Part shown: one piece after another, positions 18,626 to 26,554 of the stretch
How the letters are laid out: every line of letters begins with the position of its first letter
Position numbering within the stretch: the stretch's first letter is position 1
DNA from: an uncultured Rhodobacterales bacterium
GTDB taxonomy: Bacteria > Pseudomonadota > Alphaproteobacteria > Puniceispirillales > GCA-002684695
NCBI GenBank assembly: GCA_964571065.1
Contig: CAZNBI010000003.1
Location: 4,707-40,724 of the forward strand
Direction: 5' to 3'
Length of the DNA: 36,018 nucleotides
Notes under the pieces: generated by a model
Database searches by the model: none
What the model was told of the DNA's origin: nothing
Seen by the model: only the letters and a program-made list of their open reading frames with translations
Program-made: the position numbers and the translations under genes

Positions 18626-19048
18626 CTAATGCTTTTTAAAATATGAAACGTAAAGGGATAAGGTTCCCAGGATAAAAAAGGTTATAAAAACTGGCCAGAA
18701 AATTACATTTTTGTCAAAAATCATCTGTTTCAGTTGGATTATTATAAGGATATAAAATCCTATTGATGTTCCAAATAAGATTCTTTTTGCAGCACTTGTT
18801 ACATTTCTATGTGCTAGTATAAGGAGAATACCTATAAATAAACTACCACCTCCCATCAATTCACGGTGTATAGTCGCTATTCTAATTTCCTTCTCACTAG
18901 CTTGAGGAAAAATTTTAATGCTAATAAAATCAGGAAAAAATAAAAATGTTAATCCTAAAATTAACATAGTTAAACTAGATAAAAATAGTATTCCTCTAAC
19001 AGTCATAATTCTACCTATTTTTAAGTATTCTTTACGACCCAATTTCAA
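18626..19048 (-). CDS. Small integral membrane protein (about 4 TM helices), unknown function
   Basis: Four hydrophobic segments are visible: GILFLSSLTMLILGLTFLFF, GGGSLFIGILLILA, ILFGTSIGFYILIIIQL and IFWPVFITFFILGTLSLYV. The true start may be the internal Met at MTVRGILF. Confidence 0.6.
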   Translation of the reverse strand: MKLGRKEYLKIGRIMTVRGILFLSSLTMLILGLTFLFFPDFISIKIFPQASEKEIRIATIHRELMGGGSLFIGILLILAHRNVTSAAKRILFGTSIGFYILIIIQLKQMIFDKNVIFWPVFITFFILGTLSLYVSYFKKH

Positions 19049-19115
19049 TCTTTTTTATTTTATTTAGTTAATTATCTATATATATTGACGTAAAAAATAA
19101 TAAAAATCAAAAAAC

Positions 19116-19280
19116 ATGTATTTAAACAATTCTTATTTAATGTTATTAGGCTTTCTTAAATATTGCTACCAAAAAATTTTTAAGCCTAAATCATTAAAGG
19201 ATAATATAATAGGAAGTTTTGTAGGAATTTGTATAGTATTCTCATTAATAGTTTTATATTTAAGATTTTTTGACTTATGA
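19116..19280 (+). CDS. Candidate small membrane protein (54 aa), below the ORF-track cutoff
   Basis: Hand translation gives MYLNNSYLMLLGFLKYCYQKIFKPKSLKDNIIGSFVGICIVFSLIVLYLRFFDL*, with a C-terminal TM-like segment. It fills most of an unusually long 249-nt spacer. There is no clear SD and no recognised family, and AT-rich DNA easily yields such ORFs. Confidence 0.2.
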   Translation: MYLNNSYLMLLGFLKYCYQKIFKPKSLKDNIIGSFVGICIVFSLIVLYLRFFDL

Positions 19281-19297
19281 AAATTAAATAAATTTAT

Positions 19298-20305
19298 ATG
19301 AAACAAAAAGAAAACATTTCAATACACGAATTAACTCAATTAATTAAATCAGCTTTTATAAACTCAAAAGTTAGTCCTTCAAATGCTGCTATTGTAGCTA
19401 ATGCTCTAGTAAAGGCTGAAATAGATGGTAAGACTGGGCATGGTATTTCGAGGGTGGTAAGTTATGCATCTCAATCACAAGTAGGAAAAGTAGATGGATT
19501 TGCAAAACCAGTAGAGAAAAAGTTGAAGCCTAGTGTTGTTTCTATTAATGCGTGTAATGGTTTTGCATATCCAGCATTAGATAAATTATTACATACGCTC
19601 CCAAAAGTTGCAGCATCACAAGGAATTGCTTTGGGTGGTGTTTTTAAATCTCATCATTTTGGAGTTGCTGGTCATATCGCTGAAAAAGCTGCAGAACATG
19701 GTATGATATCTATAGTATTAGGGAATACCCCTTCTGCAATAGCCCCATGGAATGGAAATAAAGCACTTTTTGGAACTAATCCATTAGCATTCGGCTCGCC
19801 AACTGATGATGGCAATCATTTCATAATTGATTTGGCAGTTTCTGAAGTAGCAAGAGGTAAAATTCTTAATGCTTCTCTGAAAAATGAAAAGATACCATAC
19901 GGTTGGGCTACAGATAAAGAGGGTAAACAAACAGATAATCCTCATGAAGCTTTAAAAGGAACTATGCTTCCATTTGGTGGTGCAAAAGGGGCAGCCATTG
20001 CATTAATGATAGAGTTATTATCATCTGCCTTGATAGGGGCTAATTTTGCTTTTGAAGCTGATTCATTTTTAGATGCAAATGGAAATCCTCCTAATGTTGG
20101 GCAAATTTTAATAATGATAGATCCTGCTTCTTTTGTAACAAAACCTTCATACTTAAATAGAGTTGGTGAAATGATGAGAGCTATTAATGATCAAGATAAT
20201 ACTTATATCCCTGGCTCAAATAGATTTTTCCTAAGAGAGAAGGCAAAAAAAGGCGGCTTAAGTGTTAATTCTAAGATAATTAAAGAAATTACAAAATTAT
20301 GTTAA
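19298..20305 (+). CDS. Ldh_2-family (malate/L-lactate/sulfolactate dehydrogenase-like) NAD(P)H oxidoreductase
   Basis: Motifs typical of the Ldh_2 family are present: GKTGHGISRV, HHFGVAGH, LGNTPSAIAPWNG..ALFGTNPLAFG, IDLAVSEVARGKI and PFGGAKGAAIALMIELL. The substrate is not assignable. Confidence 0.85.
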   Translation: MKQKENISIHELTQLIKSAFINSKVSPSNAAIVANALVKAEIDGKTGHGISRVVSYASQSQVGKVDGFAKPVEKKLKPSVVSINACNGFAYPALDKLLHTLPKVAASQGIALGGVFKSHHFGVAGHIAEKAAEHGMISIVLGNTPSAIAPWNGNKALFGTNPLAFGSPTDDGNHFIIDLAVSEVARGKILNASLKNEKIPYGWATDKEGKQTDNPHEALKGTMLPFGGAKGAAIALMIELLSSALIGANFAFEADSFLDANGNPPNVGQILIMIDPASFVTKPSYLNRVGEMMRAINDQDNTYIPGSNRFFLREKAKKGGLSVNSKIIKEITKLC

Positions 20306-20514
20306 ATTAAATCCTCTTCGATTATCGACATTTCAAGATGAAAAGTTGTTTCTCCTTCTTCAGTATCCTTAAAAACTATTCCAAAGAATTCATTGTTTAT
20401 ATGAAATTCTGCTGAATCTTCAGCTTTATCAGCTCTTGGTATTATTGAAATATTATTATTTTTAAATGTATTTCTTAAGTATATTTGCAATTTATTAATC
20501 TCTTCTCTATTCAT
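20302..20514 (-). CDS. DUF3126-like small protein (alphaproteobacterial conserved hypothetical)
   Basis: The 70-aa sequence (EINKLQIYLRNTFKNNNISIIPRADKAEDSAEFHINNEFFGIVFKDTEEGETTFHLEMSIIEEDL) matches my recollection of the DUF3126 pattern (..LQAYLR..F.N..I.....K..DS.EVY.G.EF.GV...D.EDGE.S....M.ILEEDL). Confidence 0.7.
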   Translation of the reverse strand: MNREEINKLQIYLRNTFKNNNISIIPRADKAEDSAEFHINNEFFGIVFKDTEEGETTFHLEMSIIEEDLI

Positions 20515-20537
20515 AATAGATCCTTCTTAATTTTTAT

Positions 20538-20882
20538 CTAATTAATTATTTTTGGGATTTTTTCAGTTTGTAATAAGACTTTTGACAAATCTTTGGAAGT
20601 ATAAATCAATTTTTTATTTTTTATTATTGAATACTCAAATCCATTTGAAACTTTTTTTTTATGAATTTCTAACACTGCTCTTTCAAAAGAACTTTTGTAG
20701 ATAGAAAATATTGCCGAATTATGGTTGCAATCAAGAGCATAATCTTTCCATATACCCTTAGAAACATTTCTAGAGTAAATATTTAAGATTGAAGCAAGTT
20801 CAATTTTTAAAAAATAAACCTTTTTAAAGTTCAGTTTATTGTACTTAAAATCATTAATTTTCTTTATTTTAATAATAGTCAT
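20538..20882 (-). CDS. DUF2794-like small protein (alphaproteobacterial conserved hypothetical)
   Basis: The 114-aa sequence has the core ELASILNIYSRNVSKGIWKDYALDCNHNSAIFSIYKSSFERAVLEI. This resembles the DUF2794 signature as I recall it (EL..IL..YGR.VA.GEWRDYAID......AVFS.FRR.SE.PLY.I). Confidence 0.65.
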   Translation of the reverse strand: MTIIKIKKINDFKYNKLNFKKVYFLKIELASILNIYSRNVSKGIWKDYALDCNHNSAIFSIYKSSFERAVLEIHKKKVSNGFEYSIIKNKKLIYTSKDLSKVLLQTEKIPKIIN

Positions 20883-21034
20883 ATTGCTCTTTAATTTTTC
20901 AATTAATATATAAATAGTATTTATATATAGATAATTAGGTCAACTTAAATTTATACTATAAAAGCAAGAATTTGATTTTCTAAATCTTAAAGAGTATTAA
21001 TTACAAATATATTTTCATTTATTTAGGTTATTTT

Positions 21035-21670
21035 ATGTCTGAAGAGATAATTTCTGAAATTGAAGAAGACCTTCAAAAAGAGAGATTTAAGAAATACTGG
21101 AAAAATTATGGTAAATATATTTCTTTATTGATTGTATTTATTATTGTTTCTGTTGGAGGTTGGCAAATATATGAGTTTATTGAAAAAAGAAGAAATATTG
21201 AAGCATCAAATATTTTTTTAAATATTCTTGATGTTTCAAAAGAAGATACTGAAAAGGCTATTGAAGAAATAGATAAAATTAAAAACTTACCTAATGGATA
21301 TGAACTTTTAATTAAGTTTCAAAAGGCAAATTTATTTATAAAAAACAACCAAATAACTGATGCTGTACTTTTATTCAACCAGATCCATCAAGATAAATCA
21401 ATTGACAAAAACTATAGAGATATTGCTGTCCTTCTAAGTATAATGCACCAGTATAAACAACAAAATTCTATAGTAAAACTTGATAACATAATTAGTACAA
21501 ATGAACACTTTGCAATGCTAGCTAAAGAATTGAAAGCATATATTTTGTATGATGATGGTAAGATTAAAGGAGCACAAAATATCTTAGAAGAAATATTAAA
21601 TTCACCAAACATCAGTCAACGCTCTAATGAGAGAATTTCAAATATTTTAAAAACCTTTGAAAAAAAATAG
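21035..21670 (+). CDS. YfgM-like membrane-anchored TPR-like protein (conserved partner upstream of bamB-der)
   Basis: It has an acidic N-terminus, a single TM (YISLLIVFIIVSVGGWQIY) and then a helical repeat region. Its position immediately upstream of bamB and der mirrors the yfgM-bamB-der arrangement. Confidence 0.65.
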   Translation: MSEEIISEIEEDLQKERFKKYWKNYGKYISLLIVFIIVSVGGWQIYEFIEKRRNIEASNIFLNILDVSKEDTEKAIEEIDKIKNLPNGYELLIKFQKANLFIKNNQITDAVLLFNQIHQDKSIDKNYRDIAVLLSIMHQYKQQNSIVKLDNIISTNEHFAMLAKELKAYILYDDGKIKGAQNILEEILNSPNISQRSNERISNILKTFEKK

Positions 21671-21671
21671 T

Positions 21672-22979
21672 ATGATCAATATTTTTTTTAAAATATTTGT
21701 TATATTTTTACTCTACGCTTGTACAGATAAATCATTGATAATTTCTGAAGATAGAGATGAGGTTTTTCCAGAAAATCAGCCATTAATAATCAATGAAAAG
21801 GCTGCGAGTGAAAATTTTGACCTAGGTCCTGAAATATCTAATACCACCTATACACATTTAGGATTTAATAAAAGCCGTAGTGGAGGGCATCTCTCTGGTC
21901 CAAAAAGTAACTTAAAAACAGTTTGGTCAAAAGACATAGGCAAGGGTACAAATAAGAATTCACCTTCAATGCCAAATTTAATTGGTGAAAATGATTTAAT
22001 TTATGCAATGGATACCACAGGTAAACTTACCTCTCTAAATGCTAAAAGTGGTAGGGTAGAATGGAGTATAAAAATTTCTGATAGAGAAAACTCTTATACA
22101 GCTAGCTCAGGTGGGTTATCTATATATAATAACAATCTATATGCTCACTTAGGAGGTTTAAATCTCATTGCTTTAAATTCACTTACTGGGGAAATATTAT
22201 GGGAGAAAAATTTTAATGTTCCAATTATAAGTGGTCCTACTTCGAATAGTAAAGGAGTATTTATTACTTTAATTGATGGAACTCTTAAATTCTTATTCAA
22301 GGAGAATGGGGAATTAATATGGGAAAGAAAAGTCATTTCTAATATTGATGATGTCATGAGCACTGCGTCAGTATCAGTTAATGAAGATACAGTTGTAGTT
22401 CCTGATTTTGGTGGTGGTATTTCAGTACTAGCACTTGAGGATGGTTCATATTTGTGGGAAGATAATTTAGCTTTATTAGCACCCAAAACTGCAATTGAAC
22501 AATTATCAACTATTAAAGCGGAACCATCAATTTTTGAAGGAAAAATTTTTGTTGTTGCTCAGAATGGGAGATTAGCTTCGTATGACTTAAATAACAGTAA
22601 AATGGTGTGGGAGCAAAGTATAAGTGGCAACCAAGTAATTTGGATAGCTGGAAGTTCAATATTTGCTATTTCTGATAAAGCTGAATTAATTTGCTTGAGA
22701 AAAGTTGATGGAAGTATCAGGTGGATAACAAAGTTACCTAGTAAAATTGATCAAAATTTAATGCGTTATCAAAAATTTATACCTCATTTTGGACCTGTGG
22801 TCGGATCAAATAAGGTTTATGTTGCAGGTTCAGATAAAAAACTTAGAGTTTTTAATTATAAAGATGGAAAATTAATTCAAGAAAAAAAATTTTCCAATAG
22901 TTTTTCAACTCCTCCTATTTTAATCAACTCTACTCTATATATTTTAGACGATAATGCTAAATTATTTGCATTTGAATAA
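21672..22979 (+). CDS. bamB: Outer-membrane protein assembly factor BamB (PQQ-like beta-propeller lipoprotein)
   Basis: It has a lipoprotein signal with the lipobox LLYA|C (MINIFFKIFVIFLLYAC). Repeated propeller blades show W motifs (VEWSIK, ILWEKN, LIWERK, YLWEDN, MVWEQS, IRWITK). The ORF track begins at TTG 21657. The ATG at 21672, 1 nt after the upstream stop, is the more likely start. Confidence 0.8.
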   Translation: MINIFFKIFVIFLLYACTDKSLIISEDRDEVFPENQPLIINEKAASENFDLGPEISNTTYTHLGFNKSRSGGHLSGPKSNLKTVWSKDIGKGTNKNSPSMPNLIGENDLIYAMDTTGKLTSLNAKSGRVEWSIKISDRENSYTASSGGLSIYNNNLYAHLGGLNLIALNSLTGEILWEKNFNVPIISGPTSNSKGVFITLIDGTLKFLFKENGELIWERKVISNIDDVMSTASVSVNEDTVVVPDFGGGISVLALEDGSYLWEDNLALLAPKTAIEQLSTIKAEPSIFEGKIFVVAQNGRLASYDLNNSKMVWEQSISGNQVIWIAGSSIFAISDKAELICLRKVDGSIRWITKLPSKIDQNLMRYQKFIPHFGPVVGSNKVYVAGSDKKLRVFNYKDGKLIQEKKFSNSFSTPPILINSTLYILDDNAKLFAFE

Positions 22980-22987
22980 ATTAAATA

Positions 22988-24334
22988 ATGATGAATATTG
23001 TAATTGTTGGAAGGCCAAATGTAGGTAAATCTACACTATTTAATAGGCTGATAAATAAAAAATTATCTATCGTATCAGAAATTCAAGGCACTACCAGAGA
23101 TTATAAGGAATTTGAAACTTCAATTGCAGACTTAAAGTTTAAAATAACTGATTTGGCTGGTTTTGAATTTGATTTTAAAGATGAGTTAATCAAAAGCATA
23201 AATAATATGATTTATGATCAGATCAAAAAAGCAAATTTGATTATAATGATGTTTGATGCAAATATTGGCATAACCTCAGAAGATATCAGAATTTCTAAGT
23301 TTTTAAAAAAATACAATAAAATAGTTATTTTATTAGGTAACAAGTCAGAAAAGTTAAATTCAAAATATAATGTTTCAGAGGGTTGGTCGCTTGGTTTTGG
23401 AGAACCTATACCTTTTTCTGCTGTTCATGGGATTGGTATTGATGAATTATATGAAAGAATAAAAAAAGAAGTTAAAAGGCCTATATTAAATTCAGATGAA
23501 AAAATTGAAAGTAATAATTCTAGTAAACAATCTTCAATTAAAATTACTTTCATTGGAAAACCTAACACTGGCAAATCAACTTTAATTAATAAGTTACTTG
23601 GATACAATAGAATGATTACTTCTTCATTGAGTGGTACTACTCATGATTCCATAGAAATGGATTTTGTTTGGAAGAATTATGAATTTACAATTGTTGATAC
23701 AGCTGGAATGAGAAAAAAGTCTAAGATTAAAGAAGAGCTTGAATACAGATTTGTTGGCTCTTCTCTTCGAGCTATAAAACTTACAAATATAGCTGTGCTT
23801 GTTCTTGATAGTAGTGAAGAACTAAATAAACAAGACTTATCAATTGCACGCTGGGTAACAGAAGAGGGCAGAGCGCTTATTTTATGCCTTAACAAATGGG
23901 ACTTAATTCAAGAAAAACAAAAAACTTTTAATAAACTGTTATCGCGATTAAACAGGTCATTACCTAACATGACCCATTCTAAAATAGTAAAAACAAGTGG
24001 CAAATTCGGTTTGGGAATAGATAATATTTTTGAAGTTGCAATAGAAGTCTATAATAAATGGAATAGAAGATTACAAACTAGCGATCTAAATAATTGGTTT
24101 GGTAAAGTTCTAGAAGAACATCCACCACCAATGTCAGGTGGGAAAAGAATAAAATTACAGTATATATCTCAAGTTAAATCTAGACCACCTACATTTATAA
24201 TTTTTTGTAATAAACCTGATGGGTTGCCAGACTCATATATTAGGTATTTAACATCAAAACTTAGAGAAAATTTCAATTTTGAAGGTGTGCCTTTGAGAAT
24301 TAATTTAAGAAAAAAGAAAAACCCCTACGTTTAA
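22988..24334 (+). CDS. der: Ribosome-biogenesis GTPase Der (EngA)
   Basis: There are two tandem G domains, GRPNVGKSTLFNRL/DLAG/NKSE and GKPNTGKSTLINKL/DTAGMRKK/NKWD. The KH-like C-terminus reads IKLQYISQVKSRPPTFIIFCN. Confidence 0.95.
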   Translation: MMNIVIVGRPNVGKSTLFNRLINKKLSIVSEIQGTTRDYKEFETSIADLKFKITDLAGFEFDFKDELIKSINNMIYDQIKKANLIIMMFDANIGITSEDIRISKFLKKYNKIVILLGNKSEKLNSKYNVSEGWSLGFGEPIPFSAVHGIGIDELYERIKKEVKRPILNSDEKIESNNSSKQSSIKITFIGKPNTGKSTLINKLLGYNRMITSSLSGTTHDSIEMDFVWKNYEFTIVDTAGMRKKSKIKEELEYRFVGSSLRAIKLTNIAVLVLDSSEELNKQDLSIARWVTEEGRALILCLNKWDLIQEKQKTFNKLLSRLNRSLPNMTHSKIVKTSGKFGLGIDNIFEVAIEVYNKWNRRLQTSDLNNWFGKVLEEHPPPMSGGKRIKLQYISQVKSRPPTFIIFCNKPDGLPDSYIRYLTSKLRENFNFEGVPLRINLRKKKNPYV

Positions 24335-24337
24335 CAT

Positions 24338-25045
24338 CTAAAAATTAGGATATTTTAATCTTTCGCCATTATTATTAAAACCTTCCTCACAGATTTTAAG
24401 TATTTCTTCACCTACTTTACTAGGATGTTTTAGAGTATCTGGGTTTTCACCTGGATATGCCTTTTCACGCATTTGTGTCTTTGTTGCACCTGGGTCATAT
24501 AAATTAATTTTTAATTTGGTTTCTTTCATCTCAGATGACCAAGCTCTTACCATGCTATCAAGGCCAGCTTTACTTATTGCATATGCCCCCCAAAAAGGCC
24601 TAAAACCTTCAGATGCACCAGAGGTTATGAAAATAGCTTTACCATTTTCACTTTCCAGGAGCAGTTTTTCGAAATGTTTTATTAACAACCAATTAGCTGA
24701 TAAATTTACATTTATACTGATTTGCCAATCTTTATCTGACAAATGGGATAAGGGTGTAAGGTTATGTAAGTAAGCAGCATTAGAAATTAAGATATCAAGT
24801 TTGCCCCACCTTTCTTTTATTTCTTGTGAAAGATCATAAATTTTATTTAAATCACTTAAATCAAATTGGACACATGTGGCATTACCACCACTCAAATGAA
24901 TTTTGTCACTTATTTCTTCAAGTGCTCCAATTGTTCTACCTAAAAGAATTACGTGAATATCTTCCTTTGCTAAGGCTAGAGATATTTCCTTGCCAATGCC
25001 TCTAGTAGCTCCTGTAATTAATGCAATTCTTTTGTTTTTAGCCAT
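24338..25045 (-). CDS. SDR-family oxidoreductase (235 aa)
   Basis: TGATRGIGKEISLALA, NAA and YAISK motifs are present. It is convergent with der, separated by a 3-nt gap. Confidence 0.85.
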   Translation of the reverse strand: MAKNKRIALITGATRGIGKEISLALAKEDIHVILLGRTIGALEEISDKIHLSGGNATCVQFDLSDLNKIYDLSQEIKERWGKLDILISNAAYLHNLTPLSHLSDKDWQISINVNLSANWLLIKHFEKLLLESENGKAIFITSGASEGFRPFWGAYAISKAGLDSMVRAWSSEMKETKLKINLYDPGATKTQMREKAYPGENPDTLKHPSKVGEEILKICEEGFNNNGERLKYPNF

Positions 25046-25054
25046 AATGAAATC

Positions 25055-25264
25055 TTAAAATCTATATTGGATAATCCCCAGTAAAACAGTTATCAGTAAA
25101 TTGTGGTACATTATAGTCTCTTTTTTTGAATACTAAAGCTTTATATGTTCCTTCAAGGGAAATCTGTGTTGTAAAGAATGCAAGCCTAATTGAGTTAGTA
25201 CTGCAACATCTTTATGGTTAAAAATTCCAAAAACACCACACTCTTCATTTAGTTTGTCATTCAT
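25055..25264 (-). pseudogene. purF: Relic of purF (glutamine phosphoribosylpyrophosphate amidotransferase). The first ~34 codons are recognisable; after that come frame loss, a premature stop, and loss of roughly 400 codons.
   Basis: The reverse strand from ATG 25264 reads [34 protein letters not shown], then FPLKEHIKL and TAG (25135-25133). This is the PurF propeptide plus catalytic-Cys motif (EECGVFGI) followed by GLHSLQHR. The expected GQEG continues only in another frame (..[10 protein letters not shown]..). The relic sits directly downstream of cvpA, the classic cvpA-purF position. Confidence 0.75.
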
Positions 25265-25291
25265 ATTTTAAACTTATAGACCTAAACTATT

Positions 25292-25798
25292 TTATTCGTT
25301 CTTAAATATTTCATAAGGTATATTTGGGGAAATTATCTTTGATAAGGAATTACTTAATTCTACTGTATATGAGTTTTTTATATTTAATGGGAATTTATTG
25401 ATGTCCTCGATTAAATAAATTGTAAATATAAAAATTAAATAAATTAAAAGCAAACCTCTAATCAAACCAAAAAAAGAGCCCAAAAAATGGTCAATAAAAT
25501 TTGAGTATTTAAGAACCAAAGGATATATTAAAATCTTATTCAAAATAGATAAAAATATTACAAAAACAATAAATGGTATAATCCAACTAATCAAATAAGC
25601 TAAAAGCTCAATTTGGACAAAACTTTTCGAATATTTAAAAACATTTAGAAATAAGGCATTTGATAAAAAATAAGCAATTATCCATATGATAACAGTTAAA
25701 GACTCTTTAATAAATCCACGCCAGGTCGATGCCAAAACTGAGAGTAATATCACTAGAAGTGAAATAAGATCAATAATTTTAATGTTACTAAAAATCAT
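25292..25798 (-). CDS. cvpA: CvpA-family inner-membrane protein (colicin V production protein homologue)
   Basis: Its four TM helices and two motif segments align with E. coli CvpA as I recall it. DLISLLVILLSVLASTWRGFIKESLTVIIWIIAYFLS matches D.A....I.....L.RGF.RE.L.L..W, and IDHFLGSFFGLIRGLLLIYLIF matches DR.LG..FG.LRG.L. The start overlaps the mlaF stop (TAATG). Confidence 0.85.
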   Translation of the reverse strand: MIFSNIKIIDLISLLVILLSVLASTWRGFIKESLTVIIWIIAYFLSNALFLNVFKYSKSFVQIELLAYLISWIIPFIVFVIFLSILNKILIYPLVLKYSNFIDHFLGSFFGLIRGLLLIYLIFIFTIYLIEDINKFPLNIKNSYTVELSNSLSKIISPNIPYEIFKNE

Positions 25799-26553
25799 TA
25801 AGTTTTATTTCGTGCATCACTATCAATATTAATAAATTCATTTAAAGTTTTATTTTTACTTTTCTGTAGATCTTGTTTTTCTCCATGCCATATTATTTTT
25901 CCTTCATTAATCATGGCAACTTTATTTGCAATTTTATTTAAGCTACTTAAATCATGAGTTATTGTAATTGAAGTGCTGCCAAGTCTTTTTACATTATCAA
26001 TAATTAAACTATTTATTTTGTTTCCTGTAACTGGATCTAAGCCAGAGGTTGGTTCATCAAAAATAAGTATTTCTGGCTCATCAATAATAGCCCTTGCAAT
26101 TGCAACTCTTTTTTGCATTCCTCCTGATAGTTGTGATGGAAATTGGTACATTATGGAATTCGAAAGTCCAACCTGATTTAATGAAAATTCAACTTTCTCC
26201 TTTAATTGACTAAACTTGAAAAAATTATTTTGACTTAATTTAAAAGATATATTTTCCCAAATCCTCATAGAGTCAAAAAGTGCGTTCCCTTGGAATGTCA
26301 CTCCTATGCTTTTCAAAATTAAATCTTGTTCGTCTCTTTTGATAGAAAAAAAATTTTTATTTTTAATAAGTATTTCTCCTTGACTAGGTTTTAAAATACC
26401 AAGTACACATTTCATTAACAGAGATTTTCCTGATCCTGATTTTCCAATAATTACTAGGGATTCCCCTTTAGTAATTTTTAAATTTATTTTTTTTAGAATA
26501 TTTTTATTATCAAAGTTTTTTGATAAATTGAAAATTTCTATTATGCTCTTCAT
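25798..26553 (-). CDS. mlaF: MlaF-like ABC transporter ATP-binding protein
   Basis: It has Walker A GKSGSGKS, the signature LSGGMQKRVAIARA, Walker B ILIFDEPTSGLD and the H-loop ITITHD. The ORF track starts at TTG 26565, an 11-nt overlap with mlaE. The ATG at 26553, 1 nt after the mlaE stop, is preferred. Confidence 0.85.
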   Translation of the reverse strand: MKSIIEIFNLSKNFDNKNILKKINLKITKGESLVIIGKSGSGKSLLMKCVLGILKPSQGEILIKNKNFFSIKRDEQDLILKSIGVTFQGNALFDSMRIWENISFKLSQNNFFKFSQLKEKVEFSLNQVGLSNSIMYQFPSQLSGGMQKRVAIARAIIDEPEILIFDEPTSGLDPVTGNKINSLIIDNVKRLGSTSITITHDLSSLNKIANKVAMINEGKIIWHGEKQDLQKSKNKTLNEFINIDSDARNKT

Positions 26554-26554
26554 T

